Of a stretch of 64,000 bases of DNA, positions 21,285 to 32,836 are shown one piece after another (positions within the stretch are counted from its first letter, which is position 1; the number at the start of each line of letters is the position of its first letter). The stretch is taken from positions 1,973-65,972 of the forward strand of contig PNNN01000004.1 of assembly GCA_013824245.1 (NCBI GenBank), read 5' to 3'. The notes beneath the pieces are model-generated. The model made no database searches. It worked only from the letters and a program-made list of their open reading frames with translations, and was not told the origin of the DNA. This DNA comes from Chlorobiaceae bacterium (GTDB lineage Bacteria; Bacteroidota; Ignavibacteria; UBA10030; SZUA-254). The translations under genes were made by a program, and so were the position numbers.

Positions 21285-23387
21285 ATGGCAAGAGTTTATA
21301 CATTAGAGCGAACACGAAACATAGGCATTATGGCTCACATTGATGCCGGTAAGACCACTACTACAGAACGTATATTGTTTTACACAGGCGTAGTTCATAG
21401 GATGGGCGAAGTCCACGATGGCGCTGCCACAATGGACTGGATGGAACAAGAAAAAGAACGCGGTATAACGATAACCAGCGCTGCTACCACTTGCTCTTGG
21501 AATAATCATCGAATTAATATAATCGATACACCCGGACATGTGGATTTCACTGTCGAAGTTGAGCGTTCATTACGCGTACTCGATGGTGCAGTTGCACTAT
21601 TCTGTGCTGTCGGTGGTGTAGAGCCACAATCGGAAACAGTTTGGAGACAGGCAGATAAATACGGCGTTCCGCGTTTAGCTTTTGTAAATAAAATGGATCG
21701 TGTAGGGGCTGATTTTTATAATGTCATTGATATGATGAAAAACCGCCTTCATGCCAATGCTGTTCCAATACAAATACCAATGGGCGAAGGTGAATTATTT
21801 ACCGGTTACATCGATCTCATAACCTTCAAAGCAAGAGTATTTCACGAGGGTTCTGCCGGTACAACTTGGGACGACATAGAGATTCCGAAAGATTTAAAAA
21901 AGAAAGCATGCGAGTACCGCACAAAAATGCTGGAAGCGGTTTCAGATGAAGACGATACGCTTCTTGAAAAATATCTCGATGGAAAAGAAATTTCACCCAA
22001 AGAAATTAAAAATGTTTTACGCAGAGCTTGTTTAAAGGTAAGCATCATCCCCGTGCTTTGTGGTTCATCTTTTAAAAACAAAGGTGTTCAAGCTTTATTG
22101 GATGCAGTTGTTGATTTTCTTCCATCTCCTGTCGATCTTTCTGCGTGTGAAGTGAGCGGACATCATCCTAACATGAAAGACCATATAATTCGAAAAGTAT
22201 CCGATGACGAAAAATTCTCGGCTCTTGCATTCAAAATCATGACAGATCCGTACATCGGAAAACTGACATACCTTCGTGTTTATTCCGGGCAAATTGAATC
22301 GGGATCTTATGTTTTCAATTCAAGCACTGGACGAAAGGAACGTATTGGACGGCTGCTACGCATGCATGCCAATCATCGAGAAGATACCGATGCAGCCTAC
22401 GCAGGCGATATCGTTGGAGTAGTTGGTTTAAAAAATACAAAAACCGGTGATACACTTTGCGATGAGGACGATCCAATTATTTTGGAGAAAATGGAATTCC
22501 CGGAACCCGTTATTGCAGTCGCAATCGAGCCAAAGACAAAAGTCGATCAGGAAAAAATGGGAGAATCTTTAGCAAAGTTATCTGAAGAAGATCCGACTTT
22601 TCGAGTATCCACTAACGAAGAAACCGGTCAAACAATTATCAGCGGTATGGGCGAGTTGCACCTCGAGATTATCATAGATAGAATGAAGCGCGAATTTAAA
22701 GTAGAAGCAAACGTTGGAAAACCGCAGGTTGCTTATAGAGAGACAATTCGGAAAAAAGTTGAGCAGGAAGGCAAATTTGTGCGTCAATCCGGCGGCAGAG
22801 GTCAATATGGACATGTTTGGATTACGCTGGAACCTAATGAAAAAGGAAAAGGTTTTGAGTTTGAAAATGGAATAATTGGAGGTGTGGTTCCAAAAGAGTA
22901 TATTAAACCGGTATCAGAAGGTATAATCGAGGCGATGAAAAACGGTGTGCTTGCCGGATATCCTGTGGTTGATGTTAAAGTTAAGTTATTCGACGGATCT
23001 TTCCATGCAGTCGATTCTTCTGAAATGGCATTTAAAATTGCCGGTTCAATCGCATTCAAGGAAGCGGCACAAAAAGCCGATCCGGTGATATTAGAACCGA
23101 TCATGGATGTTGAAGTGGTAACTCCGGAAGATTATATGGGCGATGTAATGGGCGACTTAAGTTCACGCCGCGGAAAAATCGAAGGGCTTGTAGCAAGAAA
23201 AGATGCGCAAGTAATAAAAGCGAAAGTGCCGCTTTCGGAAATGTTCGGTTATTCAACCCAAATGAGGTCGATGACACAGGGCCGTGCAATATACACAATG
23301 CAGTTTGCGTACTACGAAGAAGTGCCCAGAAGCATTACAGATCAAATTGTTGAAAAAGTTCGTGGACGGGAATCCGTCACTGTATAA
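21285..23387 (+). CDS. fusA: elongation factor G
   Basis: 700 aa. [21 protein letters not shown]. Confidence 0.98.
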   Translation: MARVYTLERTRNIGIMAHIDAGKTTTTERILFYTGVVHRMGEVHDGAATMDWMEQEKERGITITSAATTCSWNNHRINIIDTPGHVDFTVEVERSLRVLDGAVALFCAVGGVEPQSETVWRQADKYGVPRLAFVNKMDRVGADFYNVIDMMKNRLHANAVPIQIPMGEGELFTGYIDLITFKARVFHEGSAGTTWDDIEIPKDLKKKACEYRTKMLEAVSDEDDTLLEKYLDGKEISPKEIKNVLRRACLKVSIIPVLCGSSFKNKGVQALLDAVVDFLPSPVDLSACEVSGHHPNMKDHIIRKVSDDEKFSALAFKIMTDPYIGKLTYLRVYSGQIESGSYVFNSSTGRKERIGRLLRMHANHREDTDAAYAGDIVGVVGLKNTKTGDTLCDEDDPIILEKMEFPEPVIAVAIEPKTKVDQEKMGESLAKLSEEDPTFRVSTNEETGQTIISGMGELHLEIIIDRMKREFKVEANVGKPQVAYRETIRKKVEQEGKFVRQSGGRGQYGHVWITLEPNEKGKGFEFENGIIGGVVPKEYIKPVSEGIIEAMKNGVLAGYPVVDVKVKLFDGSFHAVDSSEMAFKIAGSIAFKEAAQKADPVILEPIMDVEVVTPEDYMGDVMGDLSSRRGKIEGLVARKDAQVIKAKVPLSEMFGYSTQMRSMTQGRAIYTMQFAYYEEVPRSITDQIVEKVRGRESVTV

Positions 23388-23437
23388 GTTTAGTTAATGA
23401 AATAAACAAACATCTCAGTTAATTAAGGAGATCATTT

Positions 23438-24649
23438 ATGGCAAAAGAAAAATTTACCCGAGACAAACCGCACGTGAACGTCGGTACCATCGGCCATATT
23501 GACCATGGTAAGACGACGCTCACCGCTGCAATCACAATGGTATTGAGCAAGAAGGGATTATCACAAATCCGTACGTTCGATAGTATTGATAACGCACCCG
23601 AAGAGCGAGAACGTGGTATCACAATCGCCGTTGCTCACGTTGAATACGCGACTGACAAACGACATTATGCACACGTCGACTGCCCGGGCCACGCAGATTA
23701 TATTAAGAACATGATAACCGGAGCCGCGCAAATGGATGGAGCCATCCTTGTTGTTGCTGCAAACGACGGTCCAATGCCGCAAACACGCGAGCATATTCTT
23801 CTTGCTCGTCAAGTTGGCGTGCCAAAAGTTGTAGTGTTCTTAAACAAAGTTGATATGGTAGATGATCCGGAATTAATTGAATTAGTTGAGATGGAATTAC
23901 GCGATCTGCTAAAGAAATATGAATACCCGGGTGACGAAATCCCAATAGTCAGAGGCAGTGCTTTAAAGGCAATGGAACGCGCTTTAGCCGCTGATGCAAA
24001 ACCAGACGATCCTGCATTCAAACCAATTTATGAATTAATGAATGCGGTTGATACATATATTCCTCTACCAAAGCGCGATGTCGATAAGCCATTCTTAATG
24101 CCTATCGAAGACGTGTTCTCCATTACCGGACGTGGCACTGTAGGTACTGGGCGTGTTGAACGAGGTCATGCAAAGGTCGGAGACGAAGTTGAAGTGATTG
24201 GTCTGGGCGCTCATAAAAAAACAGTTATTACCGGTGCTGAAATGTTCCGTAAAGAACTCGATGAAGTTCAAGCAGGTGATAATGCCGGTTTGTTATTGCG
24301 TGGAGTTGAAAAAAATGATCTAGAGCGCGGTATGGTTATTGCAAAACCAGGAAGCATCACGCCACATAAGAAATTTACATGTCAGGTGTACGTATTGAAA
24401 AAAGAAGAAGGTGGTCGTCATACCCCGTACTTCACAGGGTATCGTCCACAATTTTATTTTAGAACAACCGACGTTACAGGCGTTGCAACATTACCGAGCG
24501 GCACCGAGATGGTTATGCCCGGGGATAACGTTGACAACATGTCGGTAGAACTCATCTCCGAAATCGCAATGGAAGAAGGTTTACGATTTGCAATTCGCGA
24601 AGGTGGTCGCACAGTTGGTGCGGGCGTTGTAACGAAGATTCTTGAGTAA
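23438..24649 (+). CDS. tuf: elongation factor Tu
   Basis: 403 aa. [21 protein letters not shown]. Confidence 0.98.
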   Translation: MAKEKFTRDKPHVNVGTIGHIDHGKTTLTAAITMVLSKKGLSQIRTFDSIDNAPEERERGITIAVAHVEYATDKRHYAHVDCPGHADYIKNMITGAAQMDGAILVVAANDGPMPQTREHILLARQVGVPKVVVFLNKVDMVDDPELIELVEMELRDLLKKYEYPGDEIPIVRGSALKAMERALAADAKPDDPAFKPIYELMNAVDTYIPLPKRDVDKPFLMPIEDVFSITGRGTVGTGRVERGHAKVGDEVEVIGLGAHKKTVITGAEMFRKELDEVQAGDNAGLLLRGVEKNDLERGMVIAKPGSITPHKKFTCQVYVLKKEEGGRHTPYFTGYRPQFYFRTTDVTGVATLPSGTEMVMPGDNVDNMSVELISEIAMEEGLRFAIREGGRTVGAGVVTKILE

Positions 24650-24675
24650 TAAACGATCAATAAAGGAATAATAAA

Positions 24676-24984
24676 GTGGCTGGACAAAAAATACGCATTA
24701 AATTGAAATCATACGATCATACGCTTATCGATAAATCGGCTGAGAAAATCATCAAAACGGTGAAGTCGACTGGCGCAATCGTATCCGGTCCTATTCCTTT
24801 ACCAACAAAACGAACACTTTACACTGTTTTGCGTTCTCCAAACGTTGATAAAAAATCACGCGAACAGTTTGAAATGCGATCCCATAAGCGCCTCATCGAC
24901 ATACTCAACTCGTCTAACAAGACTGTTGATTCGTTGATGAAATTAGAGCTTCCTGCTGGCGTCGATGTGGAGATAAAGGTATAA
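24676..24984 (+). CDS. rpsJ: 30S ribosomal protein S10
   Basis: 102 aa, GTG start. [11 protein letters not shown]. Confidence 0.97.
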   Translation: MAGQKIRIKLKSYDHTLIDKSAEKIIKTVKSTGAIVSGPIPLPTKRTLYTVLRSPNVDKKSREQFEMRSHKRLIDILNSSNKTVDSLMKLELPAGVDVEIKV

Positions 24985-25013
24985 TTTAATTCTAAAATCA
25001 TAATAATATTGTA

Positions 25014-25055
25014 TCGAAACTCGATGCCGGATTCCCCGGCATCGGGCTGTTTCGA
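25014..25055 (+). other. nested GC-rich hairpin in the rpsJ-rplC spacer
   Basis: Outer stem tcgaaac/gtttcga (7 bp). Inner stem cgatgccgg/ccggcatcg (9 bp, loop attcc). No U-tract follows. Confidence 0.6.
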
Positions 25056-25079
25056 CTTACTTATTTCGAGTAAAAGACA

Positions 25080-25709
25080 ATGAGTGGTATATTAGGCAAG
25101 AAAATAGGAATGACCAGTGTTTTCAATGAAAAAGGGGAATCAATTCCCTGTACTATCATTGAAGCAGGTCCGTGTATTGTAACCCAAATTAAAACCAAAG
25201 CTAAAGATGGTTATGAAGCCGTCCAGATTGGATTTGAAGACAAAAAAGAAAAACATGTCAACAAACCGATGGCAGGACACTTCAAAAAAGCTAATGTGAA
25301 TCCGAAAAAGCTGGTTCGCGAATTTCGAAATCTTGATGTTACAAAATATCAAGCTGGTACCGAGATTAAGGTAGAATCGTTATTCGCAGCAGGAGATGTT
25401 GTTTCGGTTAGCGGAGCTTCCAAAGGAAAAGGTTTCCAGGGCGTGGTTAAGAGGCATCACTTTGGCGGCGGACTAAGAACGCATGGTCAAAGCGATCGTG
25501 TTCGCGCTCCCGGATCAATTGGGTCGAGTTCTTATCCATCTCGCGTTTTTAAAGGAATGCGTATGGCGGGAAGAATGGGTGGAACACAGATCACCGTAAA
25601 AAATCTACGGGTAGTTCAAATTATTCCTGAATCTAATTTAGTTCTGATACGTGGTTCAGTTCCAGGGTACAATAATAGTTACGTAGAAATCTCAAAAGAA
25701 ATTTTATAG
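25080..25709 (+). CDS. rplC: 50S ribosomal protein L3
   Basis: 209 aa. [10 protein letters not shown]... Confidence 0.97.
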   Translation: MSGILGKKIGMTSVFNEKGESIPCTIIEAGPCIVTQIKTKAKDGYEAVQIGFEDKKEKHVNKPMAGHFKKANVNPKKLVREFRNLDVTKYQAGTEIKVESLFAAGDVVSVSGASKGKGFQGVVKRHHFGGGLRTHGQSDRVRAPGSIGSSSYPSRVFKGMRMAGRMGGTQITVKNLRVVQIIPESNLVLIRGSVPGYNNSYVEISKEIL

Positions 25710-25722
25710 ACAATAACGAATT

Positions 25723-26349
25723 ATGCAGCTCGATATATATAAAAAAGATGGAACACCAAGCGGCGAGAAAGTTAAACTCTCTCCAGATATTTTTGAGATA
25801 GAGCCGAACGATCATGCAATCTATCAGGCGGTTACCAGCTATCTTGCAAACCAGCGACAAGGAACTCACAAAACAAAAACTTACGGTGAGGTTGCCGGAA
25901 GCGGTAAAAAATTATGGAAACAAAAACACACCGGCCGCGCAAGAATAGGAGCTGTCCGTTCTCCATTATGGAAGGGCGGCGGTACAATTTTTGGTCCGGT
26001 TCCAAGAGATTACTCACGCCAATTACCGAAAAAAGTGAAATTATTGGCGCGTAAATCTGCTTTGAGTTATAAAGCAAAAGATGCCGCAATTACCATTGTC
26101 GAAGATTTCAGTATCGACCAGCCGAAAACAAAAGAGATGGCGGCAATCATGAAAGCATTGAAGCTTTCTGAGAAAAAAGCATTATTTTTAGTCGGCAAAA
26201 CAGATATCAATATATGGAAGTCGGGACGTAATCTCCCGGCGTTAAAAGTACTTGAAGCGTCGAAGGCATCAACTTACGATATTCTCAATAGCAAAGTTCT
26301 TGTTCTTCAAAAAAGCGCAATAGAAGCATTAGAAAAAACATTTCAATAA
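25723..26349 (+). CDS. rplD: 50S ribosomal protein L4
   Basis: 208 aa L4 family. Conserved position. Confidence 0.96.
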   Translation: MQLDIYKKDGTPSGEKVKLSPDIFEIEPNDHAIYQAVTSYLANQRQGTHKTKTYGEVAGSGKKLWKQKHTGRARIGAVRSPLWKGGGTIFGPVPRDYSRQLPKKVKLLARKSALSYKAKDAAITIVEDFSIDQPKTKEMAAIMKALKLSEKKALFLVGKTDINIWKSGRNLPALKVLEASKASTYDILNSKVLVLQKSAIEALEKTFQ

Positions 26350-26361
26350 GACGAAGTTAAT

Positions 26362-26652
26362 ATGACAGGCATTATTTATCGCCCACTCGTAACCGAAAAA
26401 GTATCGAACCTTCAGGATAAAGGTATTTATGCCTTCGAGGTTGATACGGACGCGAACAAAATCGAAATCGCTCATGCGGTTGAAAAGAAATTTAAAGTGA
26501 AAGTCATCAATGTACGTACGATGAACTTTAAAGGTAAGTCTAAAACTCAAATGACCCGCAAAGGTCGATTCGAGGGAAAAACATCTCACTTTAAAAAAGC
26601 TATCGTCACCCTTAAACCGGGCGATAAAATTGATTTTTTTGCTAACGTTTGA
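26362..26652 (+). CDS. rplW: 50S ribosomal protein L23
   Basis: 96 aa. Conserved position. Confidence 0.95.
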   Translation: MTGIIYRPLVTEKVSNLQDKGIYAFEVDTDANKIEIAHAVEKKFKVKVINVRTMNFKGKSKTQMTRKGRFEGKTSHFKKAIVTLKPGDKIDFFANV

Positions 26653-26671
26653 TCGAAGAAAGTAAACGAAA

Positions 26672-27499
26672 ATGGGTATAAAAATTTTAAAACCAAATAC
26701 ACCGGGAACAAGATGGATGACTGTCCCGACTTTCGAAGAAATCACAAAGTCGAAACCGGAAAAAAGTTTGCTCGAGCCACTAAAGTCAAGCGGTGGACGC
26801 AATACAAATGGACACATCACGTCGCGTCATCGCGGTGGCGGACACAAGCAATTTTATCGCAGGATAGATTTTAAACGAGATAAAATCGGTGTTACAGCTA
26901 AAGTAATTGCAGTTGAATACGATCCGAACAGAACCGCCCGTATAGCATTGCTTCAATATAAAGATGGCGAAAAGCGTTACATCATTGCACCGAATGGAAT
27001 AAAATTAGGTGAAGTTTTAACGTCAGGTCCACAGGTTGAAATTAAAGTTGGAAATGCAATGCCATTATCGAATATCCCTGTCGGCACTTTTGTACATAAT
27101 ATTGAATTACGACCCGGAAAAGGTGGGCAAATTGGAAGAAGCGCAGGTGCATCGATCCAATTGATGGCAAAAGAAGGAAAATATGCGCAACTAAAAATGC
27201 CGTCTGGCGAGGTAAGAAATATTCCAAGTGGTTGCTTTGCCACAATCGGCACGGTTAGCAATCTTGATCATGAAAATATCAGTCTCGGAAAAGCCGGACG
27301 CTCGCGATGGAAAGGCATTCGCCCCCAGTCGCGTGGTGTTGTTCAGAATCCGGTAGATCATCCGCATGGTGGTGGAGAAGGAAAATCGCCGCAAGGCAAT
27401 CCGCATCCGGTTTCGCCATGGGGTTGGCATACAAAGGGTAAAAAAACTCGGCATAAAAAATTGAAGTCCGATAAATTAATTATTAAACGTCGGAAATAA
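26672..27499 (+). CDS. rplB: 50S ribosomal protein L2
   Basis: 275 aa. [20 protein letters not shown]. Confidence 0.98.
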   Translation: MGIKILKPNTPGTRWMTVPTFEEITKSKPEKSLLEPLKSSGGRNTNGHITSRHRGGGHKQFYRRIDFKRDKIGVTAKVIAVEYDPNRTARIALLQYKDGEKRYIIAPNGIKLGEVLTSGPQVEIKVGNAMPLSNIPVGTFVHNIELRPGKGGQIGRSAGASIQLMAKEGKYAQLKMPSGEVRNIPSGCFATIGTVSNLDHENISLGKAGRSRWKGIRPQSRGVVQNPVDHPHGGGEGKSPQGNPHPVSPWGWHTKGKKTRHKKLKSDKLIIKRRK

Positions 27500-27535
27500 T
27501 TCAGCAATAAAACATTCTTAATGAAGAAGTAGATT

Positions 27536-27823
27536 ATGAGTCGTTCTCTCAAAAAAGGACCTTTCGTTGACGCAAAGCTTCAAGGTAAAATCGAAGCGAT
27601 GGCAAAAACAGGTCAGAAAAAAGTAATAAAAACGTGGTCACGTTCATCAACAATCACTCCGGAGTTTGTTGGTCATACTTTAGCTGTTCATAACGGGAAT
27701 AAATTCATACCTGTTTATGTTCACGAAGGAATGGTCGGTCACAAGCTGGGTGAATTTGCGCCCACAAGAATTTTCCGAGGTCATCCCGGTTTGAAGAGTG
27801 ATTCAACTACTGGTGAAGGATAA
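27536..27823 (+). CDS. rpsS: 30S ribosomal protein S19
   Basis: 95 aa. [11 protein letters not shown]. Confidence 0.97.
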   Translation: MSRSLKKGPFVDAKLQGKIEAMAKTGQKKVIKTWSRSSTITPEFVGHTLAVHNGNKFIPVYVHEGMVGHKLGEFAPTRIFRGHPGLKSDSTTGEG

Positions 27824-27827
27824 GATT

Positions 27828-28235
27828 ATGTTAGAAGCACGCGCAATAAATCGTTACATCGGATCGTCGCCGCGGAAGATGCGGTTGGTTATCGATCTCA
27901 TTCGTGGTAAATCTGTACCCGAAGCAATAAATATTTTACATTTTTCTCCTAAACACGCCTCACGTGTTGCCGAAAAAGTTTTAAGATCGGCTGTGTCGAA
28001 TCTTCAAAATAAAGACGAAGCAGGAAGAACCGATACAGATACACTCATAGTTAAAGAAGCGTTCGTGAATGGCGGACCAAGCATGAAAAGAATGCTTCCG
28101 GCGCCAATGGGACGCGCTTTCCGCATTTTAAAACGATCGAACCATTTAACGATAGTCATTGCTCAAAAAGTTCAAAGAAAAAAACAGGTTGCAAAACCAA
28201 AAGATAAACCATCATCTAAACAACAAAGTCAATAA
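27828..28235 (+). CDS. rplV: 50S ribosomal protein L22
   Basis: The track ORF starts at 27798 and overlaps rpsS. I prefer ATG 27828 ([21 protein letters not shown]), 4 nt after the rpsS stop and preceded by GAAGGA. Confidence 0.93.
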   Translation: MLEARAINRYIGSSPRKMRLVIDLIRGKSVPEAINILHFSPKHASRVAEKVLRSAVSNLQNKDEAGRTDTDTLIVKEAFVNGGPSMKRMLPAPMGRAFRILKRSNHLTIVIAQKVQRKKQVAKPKDKPSSKQQSQ

Positions 28236-28246
28236 CAGGAGATTGC

Positions 28247-28885
28247 TTGGGACAAAAAGTTCATCCAGTTGGTTTTCGTCTTGGGATCTTACGAACGTGG
28301 GATTCTAATTGGTACGACGAAAGAGATTTCGCGTCGAAGCTTCTAGAAGATTTGAAGATTCGAAGTTACATTCAGAGTAGACTAAAAAAAGCAGGTATTT
28401 CTAAAATTCTGATAGACAGGACACCGAAACGCGCAGTGATTACCATCCACACATCGCGTCCGGGTATTGTCATCGGAAGAAGTGGAAAAGAAATTACACA
28501 ACTGGAAGAAGAATTAAAGCAGATCACAAATAAGGAAGTTAAAATCCTCATCAACGAAATTAAACGTCCTGAGCTTGATGCCTATTTAGTTGCAGAGAAT
28601 ATTGCGGTTCAGTTAGAAGGAAGAATGTCTTTCAGAAGAGCGATGAAAATGGGAATCACATCTGCTATGCGAATGGGCGCTGAAGGAATTCGTGTAATGT
28701 GCGGCGGCCGTCTTGGCGGAGCCGAAATTGCGCGATCGGAACAGTACAAAGAAGGAAGAATACCGCTCCATACGCTTCGTGCAGACATCGATTACGCTCA
28801 GGCAACCGCCCAAACTATTTATGGATCTATCGGTGTTAAAGTTTGGATTTGTCGTGGTGAAGTTTTAGAAAAAGTATCACGTTAA
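28247..28885 (+). CDS. rpsC: 30S ribosomal protein S3
   Basis: 212 aa, TTG start. [12 protein letters not shown]. Confidence 0.97.
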   Translation: MGQKVHPVGFRLGILRTWDSNWYDERDFASKLLEDLKIRSYIQSRLKKAGISKILIDRTPKRAVITIHTSRPGIVIGRSGKEITQLEEELKQITNKEVKILINEIKRPELDAYLVAENIAVQLEGRMSFRRAMKMGITSAMRMGAEGIRVMCGGRLGGAEIARSEQYKEGRIPLHTLRADIDYAQATAQTIYGSIGVKVWICRGEVLEKVSR

Positions 28886-28904
28886 AATAAAAAGATATTA
28901 GAAT

Positions 28905-29327
28905 ATGTTATTACCAAAAAGAGTAAAATACCGTAAACAACAGCGGGGAAGAATGCGCGGAAAAGCAACGCGCGGTTTCACCATCTCGTTCGGAGATTTC
29001 GGTTTAAAAGTCCTCGAACCGGGCTGGATCACACAGAGACAGATTGAAGCATCCCGTGTTGCCCTGACTCGTTTGATGAAACGGGAAGGTAGAGTTTGGA
29101 TTCGAATATTCCCCGATAAACCGGTAACAAAAAAACCGGCAGAGACCAGAATGGGTAGTGGCAAAGGCGCGCCGGAATTTTGGGTTGCTGTTGTTAAACC
29201 CGGGACAATTCTCTTCGAGCTTGGTGGAATCAATAAAACTCTTGCGGCAGAAGCGATGAATATTGCGTCGCACAAGCTGCCTTTGAAGACTAAAATGGTT
29301 ACACGTCGAACTTATACCGGAAAATAA
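28905..29327 (+). CDS. rplP: 50S ribosomal protein L16
   Basis: 140 aa. [15 protein letters not shown]. Confidence 0.97.
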   Translation: MLLPKRVKYRKQQRGRMRGKATRGFTISFGDFGLKVLEPGWITQRQIEASRVALTRLMKREGRVWIRIFPDKPVTKKPAETRMGSGKGAPEFWVAVVKPGTILFELGGINKTLAAEAMNIASHKLPLKTKMVTRRTYTGK

Positions 29328-29338
29328 GGAAATAAGAA

Positions 29339-29566
29339 ATGAAAGTATTTGAAATCAAAGGATTGTCTGAAGAAGAATTGCAAAAGCGGATCAAGGATGA
29401 AGAAGAGAATCTGGTCAATTTAAAATTTCAAAAAGCAACAAGCCAACTCGAAAGTCCAATTAAAGTTCGTCTTGTGCGAAGAGATATCGCACGATTGAAA
29501 ACGGTGTTGCGTGAGAAAGAAATGAATAACCAACGTTCAACACCCGAAACATCAAAAGCCAATTAA
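29339..29566 (+). CDS. rpmC: 50S ribosomal protein L29
   Basis: 75 aa. Conserved position. Confidence 0.93.
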   Translation: MKVFEIKGLSEEELQKRIKDEEENLVNLKFQKATSQLESPIKVRLVRRDIARLKTVLREKEMNNQRSTPETSKAN

Positions 29567-29583
29567 TAAAGGATTTATAAAGC

Positions 29584-29847
29584 ATGATGGCTGAAAATAG
29601 AAATCAACGGAAGGTGCGACTTGGTAAAGTTACAAGCGCAAAGATGAATAAAAGTATAGTGATAGCTATCGAACGGCGAATTCCGCATCCGATTTATAAG
29701 AAATATTATACAAGAACTACATCACTCATGGCTCATGACGAAAAACAAGAGGCAAGAGTCGGTGATTATGTAAAAATTATGGAAACGCGCCCCTTAAGCA
29801 AATTGAAAAGGTGGCGATTGGTTGAAATTATTGAAAAAGCAAAATAA
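29584..29847 (+). CDS. rpsQ: 30S ribosomal protein S17
   Basis: 87 aa. [14 protein letters not shown]. Confidence 0.95.
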   Translation: MMAENRNQRKVRLGKVTSAKMNKSIVIAIERRIPHPIYKKYYTRTTSLMAHDEKQEARVGDYVKIMETRPLSKLKRWRLVEIIEKAK

Positions 29848-29861
29848 CTGGAAGAGTAGAT

Positions 29862-30230
29862 ATGATTCAGGAAGAAACGAATCTGGTGGTCGCTGATAAT
29901 TCTGGCGCAAAAAAAGTTCGGTGTATCCGGGTTTTAGGTGGCCATGAAAGACGCTATGCATCGTTAGGAGATGTGATTGTAGTAGCAGTAAAGAGCGCCA
30001 TTCCCGGCGGTGCGGTTAAGAAAGGCGAAGTTGCAAAAGCGGTTATAGTTAGAACAAAAAAAGAAATTCAGCGTCGCGATGGATCATTCATCCGCTTCGA
30101 TGAAAATGCCGCAGTTCTTCTGAACCCGCAAGGTGAACCGCGGGGTACGCGCATATTTGGACCTGTTGCACGCGAATTGCGCGATAAAAATTATATGAAG
30201 ATCGTTTCGCTTGCTCCAGAAGTATTGTAA
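29862..30230 (+). CDS. rplN: 50S ribosomal protein L14
   Basis: 122 aa. [18 protein letters not shown]. Confidence 0.97.
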   Translation: MIQEETNLVVADNSGAKKVRCIRVLGGHERRYASLGDVIVVAVKSAIPGGAVKKGEVAKAVIVRTKKEIQRRDGSFIRFDENAAVLLNPQGEPRGTRIFGPVARELRDKNYMKIVSLAPEVL

Positions 30231-30245
30231 GAGATTGGAAAGAAT

Positions 30246-30569
30246 ATGAACATTCGTAAAAACGATACAGTGAAAGTAATATCCGGCAATGCCAGAGGCA
30301 AAACCGGTAAAGTTTTAAAAATATTCCGCGACAAAGAACGAGTGATTGTTGAAGGAGTAAATATTATAAAACGGCACACAAAAGCATCTCAAAAAAATCC
30401 GCAAGGTGGCATCGTTCAAAAAGAAGCATCTATCAATACTTCAAACGTTTTGGTGATCTGTCCGAAGTGCAGCAAACCTTCGCGCATCGGGCATAAAAGT
30501 GTTTCAGATGCGGCAACCGGCAGAAAGCAAACGATGCGTGTATGCCGTTCCTGTGAAGAGATGTTTTAA
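30246..30569 (+). CDS. rplX: 50S ribosomal protein L24
   Basis: 107 aa. KOW motif. Conserved position. Confidence 0.95.
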   Translation: MNIRKNDTVKVISGNARGKTGKVLKIFRDKERVIVEGVNIIKRHTKASQKNPQGGIVQKEASINTSNVLVICPKCSKPSRIGHKSVSDAATGRKQTMRVCRSCEEMF

Positions 30570-30584
30570 ACACGAGAAAATATT

Positions 30585-31217
30585 ATGGGCAAAGAAAAAT
30601 CAACAAAAACAGTAAAAGAAGCACCGAAACCAAAATCTAACGAGCAGGAAGCTGGTGTAACTCCTCGACTCATGGAAATGTACAGGAAGTCGATCATCGA
30701 AAATTTGATGAAGCAATTTAAGTACAGCAACGTTATGCAAGTTCCGAAGTTGGAAAAAATCGCTGTCAATGTAGGCGTGGGTGAAGCTACTCAAGATGCA
30801 AAATTGCTCGACGTAATTATAAAAGACCTCGAAACTATTATCGGGCAAAAAGCAGTTGTCACGCGCTCAAAGAAAGCCATATCGAATTTCAAACTCAGAG
30901 AGGGTTTACCGATCGGAATTCGTGTAACGCTTCGCGACCGTAAGATGTACGAATTTATGGATCGATTTATGAACGTAGCAGTTCCGCGTATCCGTGATTT
31001 CCGCGGCTTCTCTGATAAATCGTTCGATGGACGAGGAAATTATACGGTAGGTGTAAAAGAACAAATTATTTTTCCCGAAATAGATTTCGATAAAGTAACA
31101 AAAATTTTCGGGATGGATATAACATTCGTAACGACAGCAATGAACGATCAGGAAGGATACGCACTTCTGAAAGAGTTCGGAATGCCGTTCGAAAAAAGAC
31201 AAACAACAATTGAATAA
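30585..31217 (+). CDS. rplE: 50S ribosomal protein L5 (with about 29-aa Lys-rich N-terminal extension if the 30585 start is used)
   Basis: 210 aa. [20 protein letters not shown]. An alternative start at ATG 30672 (MEMYRK) would give a canonical-length L5. Confidence 0.93.
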   Translation: MGKEKSTKTVKEAPKPKSNEQEAGVTPRLMEMYRKSIIENLMKQFKYSNVMQVPKLEKIAVNVGVGEATQDAKLLDVIIKDLETIIGQKAVVTRSKKAISNFKLREGLPIGIRVTLRDRKMYEFMDRFMNVAVPRIRDFRGFSDKSFDGRGNYTVGVKEQIIFPEIDFDKVTKIFGMDITFVTTAMNDQEGYALLKEFGMPFEKRQTTIE

Positions 31218-31249
31218 TAATCGATTAACGCAACCGTAGGAGATAAGAG

Positions 31250-31435
31250 TTGGCACGATTAGCAATGGTAGTAAAAGCGAAACGAACGCCGAAACATGCC
31301 GTTCAAAAACATAACCGCTGCAATATATGCGGAAGACCGCGTGGTTACATGCGCAAATTCGGAATATGCCGTCTATGTTTTCGGAAAATGGCACTCGACG
31401 GGAAAATCCCCGGCGTGTTAAAGGCAAGCTGGTAA
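31250..31435 (+). CDS. rpsN: 30S ribosomal protein S14, type Z (zinc-binding)
   Basis: 61 aa, TTG start. [22 protein letters not shown]. Confidence 0.95.
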   Translation: MARLAMVVKAKRTPKHAVQKHNRCNICGRPRGYMRKFGICRLCFRKMALDGKIPGVLKASW

Positions 31436-31449
31436 GGAATCAGAAAAAT

Positions 31450-31845
31450 ATGAATACAACAGATCCAATTGCAGATTATTTAACACGATTAAGAAATGCT
31501 ATTAAAGCGCGTCATCGCCGCGTTGATATCCCCGCTTCGAATTTGAAACGTTCGTTAAGCAAGATATTAACCGAACAACATTACATAAGCGGTTATACAG
31601 AGCTTGATGATAAAAAGCAGGGAATAATTCGTGTATCTCTTCGCTATACAGATGGTATTGCGGCTATTACAGGATTGTCAAGATTTAGTCGCCCAGGTTT
31701 GCGAATATATAAACCGGCAGAAGAGATACCACGTGTATTAAACGGTTTAGGAATTGCGATAGTATCAACATCGCAAGGGCTAATGACCGATAAAGACGCG
31801 CGCCAGAAAAATATCGGCGGCGAAGTACTATGTTCCATATGGTAA
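31450..31845 (+). CDS. rpsH: 30S ribosomal protein S8
   Basis: The track ORF starts at 31327 and overlaps rpsN. The canonical N-terminus MNTTDPIADYLTRLRNA begins at ATG 31450. Confidence 0.95.
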   Translation: MNTTDPIADYLTRLRNAIKARHRRVDIPASNLKRSLSKILTEQHYISGYTELDDKKQGIIRVSLRYTDGIAAITGLSRFSRPGLRIYKPAEEIPRVLNGLGIAIVSTSQGLMTDKDARQKNIGGEVLCSIW

Positions 31846-31869
31846 TTAAAATATAAGAGTTAAAAAAAA

Positions 31870-32427
31870 ATGTCAAGAATAGGAAAAAAACCAATACCCG
31901 TTGCCAAAGGTGTTAAGATTGAAAAGCATGATGTAATGCTGAAGATGACCGGTCCTAAAGGCGTGTTGTCTGCAAAAATTCCATCGGCAATCTCGGTAGA
32001 AATTAACGAAAACGAACTTCTCATTAAACGGCCTTCTGATGAAAAAAAATATCGGGCTTTGCACGGCACATGGCGTGCATTACTAAATAATATGATGAAG
32101 GGTGTCTCGGATGGATTTCAAAAGAAATTGGAAATCGTCGGTGTTGGATATAAAGCAGAGATGAAGGGAAAAAAAATTCAACTTGCGCTCGGTTATTCAC
32201 ATCCGATTCTTTTTGAAGCGCCGGCAGAGATTAAACTTGAAGTTCCGATACCGACAAATATTCTGATTTCAGGAATAGATAAACAACTTGTTGGTCAGGT
32301 TGCGGCAAAATTGAGATCATTCCGTCCACCAGAACCGTACAAAGGTAAGGGCGTAAAGTATGAAGGTGAGTACATCCGTCGGAAAGCTGGAAAAGCAGCG
32401 GCAACAGCCGGAGCAAAGGCAGGATAA
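31870..32427 (+). CDS. rplF: 50S ribosomal protein L6
   Basis: 185 aa. MSRIGKKPI. Confidence 0.97.
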   Translation: MSRIGKKPIPVAKGVKIEKHDVMLKMTGPKGVLSAKIPSAISVEINENELLIKRPSDEKKYRALHGTWRALLNNMMKGVSDGFQKKLEIVGVGYKAEMKGKKIQLALGYSHPILFEAPAEIKLEVPIPTNILISGIDKQLVGQVAAKLRSFRPPEPYKGKGVKYEGEYIRRKAGKAAATAGAKAG

Positions 32428-32430
32428 TTT

Positions 32431-32799
32431 ATGATTAAGAAATCGAGAATTGAAAAAAGATTAAAAATTAAAAACAGAATCAGTAAAAAAATCCGTGGGA
32501 CCACCGAACGTCCGCGGTTAACAATCTACCGAAGTTTGCATCATATGTATGCTCAGATTGTGGATGATTCTCAGGCGAAGACACTTGTTGCGGCATCAAC
32601 GCTTTCACCATCGGTTCGTGAAGAGATTAAAACGCTCAAAGGCAAGAAAGAAATTGCAAAGCGCGTTGGCACCGAAATAGGAAAACTCGCTGTAGAAAAG
32701 AAAGTTAGTAAAGTAGTATTTGATCGTAATGGTTATTCGTACCATGGCGTCGTTAAATCATTGGCAGATGCTGCTCGTGAAGCCGGACTTAAATTTTAA
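32431..32799 (+). CDS. rplR: 50S ribosomal protein L18
   Basis: 122 aa. [20 protein letters not shown]. Confidence 0.97.
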   Translation: MIKKSRIEKRLKIKNRISKKIRGTTERPRLTIYRSLHHMYAQIVDDSQAKTLVAASTLSPSVREEIKTLKGKKEIAKRVGTEIGKLAVEKKVSKVVFDRNGYSYHGVVKSLADAAREAGLKF

Positions 32800-32836
32800 A
32801 ACAGAGTCCGTACTCCCGGCGTCATCATCAGTATTT

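Noticed and set aside
27798-27827. Upstream extension of rplV (track start 27798), and likewise of rpsH (track start 31327).
   Set aside because: Both extensions overlap the preceding r-protein gene and add non-homologous residues. Canonical N-termini with SD-like sequences begin at 27828 and 31450.
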